From NCBI GenBank assembly GCA_963514005.1, contig OY740799.1, positions 17,050,001-17,114,000 on the forward strand: a stretch of 64,000 nucleotides of DNA, in the 5' to 3' direction. Made by a program: the position numbers and the translations under genes. Shown piece by piece: positions 63,536 through 64,000 of the stretch; within the stretch, counting starts at the first letter, position 1, and each line of letters begins with the position of its first letter. The stretch is from Raja brachyura (taxonomy: Eukaryota). A model generated the notes under the pieces. The model was given only the letters and a program-made list of their open reading frames with translations. It did no database searches and was not told where the DNA came from.

Positions 63536-64000
63536 AACACATTTTCCTTCCATTCATTAACCCATAATTCTATTGCCAATCAGTTACATGCCAGATTATC
63601 CAAGGAGGTTCCACACCGCAGACATTAAACTCACTGGGTTGAACAAACAGCAACATAGCACATGGCCTTTAACCTGAAAAGAATCAGATGGAAACACACG
63701 CCGACGCAGATTACTCTGGGTGGACCTTTCTTGACCAGCAGGGATGCAATGTATCACTATTGATGCCTGTGTTTTTAATCTGGTTCTGATTTCATGTGCT
63801 GTGTATCTGTTTGTTCAACCCAGTGTTTGACATCTGCAGTGTGGAGCCTCCTCAAATAACCTTGAATCGAAATGAAAGTTGCCAATTGAAGTATGAACAA
63901 AGAAATGGAAGGTAATCATGTTAATAATGGCTTGTAGTTCTGGAGAAACCCAAGGGTAAACATGTTAAAAAATGAATCTGTGACTAATTTACAGTAACAA

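Overview
Vertebrate genomic DNA, most likely a cartilaginous fish (skate/ray type). This is inferred from the repeat content: HER1/CR1 LINEs, HE1-type V-SINEs and Penelope-derived short repeats. Two protein-coding genes lie in tandem on the minus strand. One is filamin C (FLNC): exons 2-48 were traced by hand from 56838 to the stop at 13460, all GT-AG and in frame, with exon 1 beyond the window. The other is the complete two-exon ATP6V1F (119 aa) with a CpG-island promoter. This is the same FLNC-ATP6V1F order as in human. The rest is transposon debris: a decayed Passport-like Tc1, CR1/Rex1/L1/Penelope fragments, a solo LTR, a TIR element and two tandem non-autonomous Helitrons. The most notable observations are: (1) an in-frame 126-nt proline-rich cassette exon in FLNC intron 8; (2) a candidate 7-nt poison micro-exon in intron 29; (3) dispersed short repeats whose consensus is a minimal hammerhead-ribozyme core; (4) a Helitron pair inserted between a likely branch point and its 3' splice site; (5) absence of two mammalian FLNC phospho-switch motifs. 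I found no convincing wholly new multi-gene system. Family assignments and comparisons to human proteins are from recall, not database searches.
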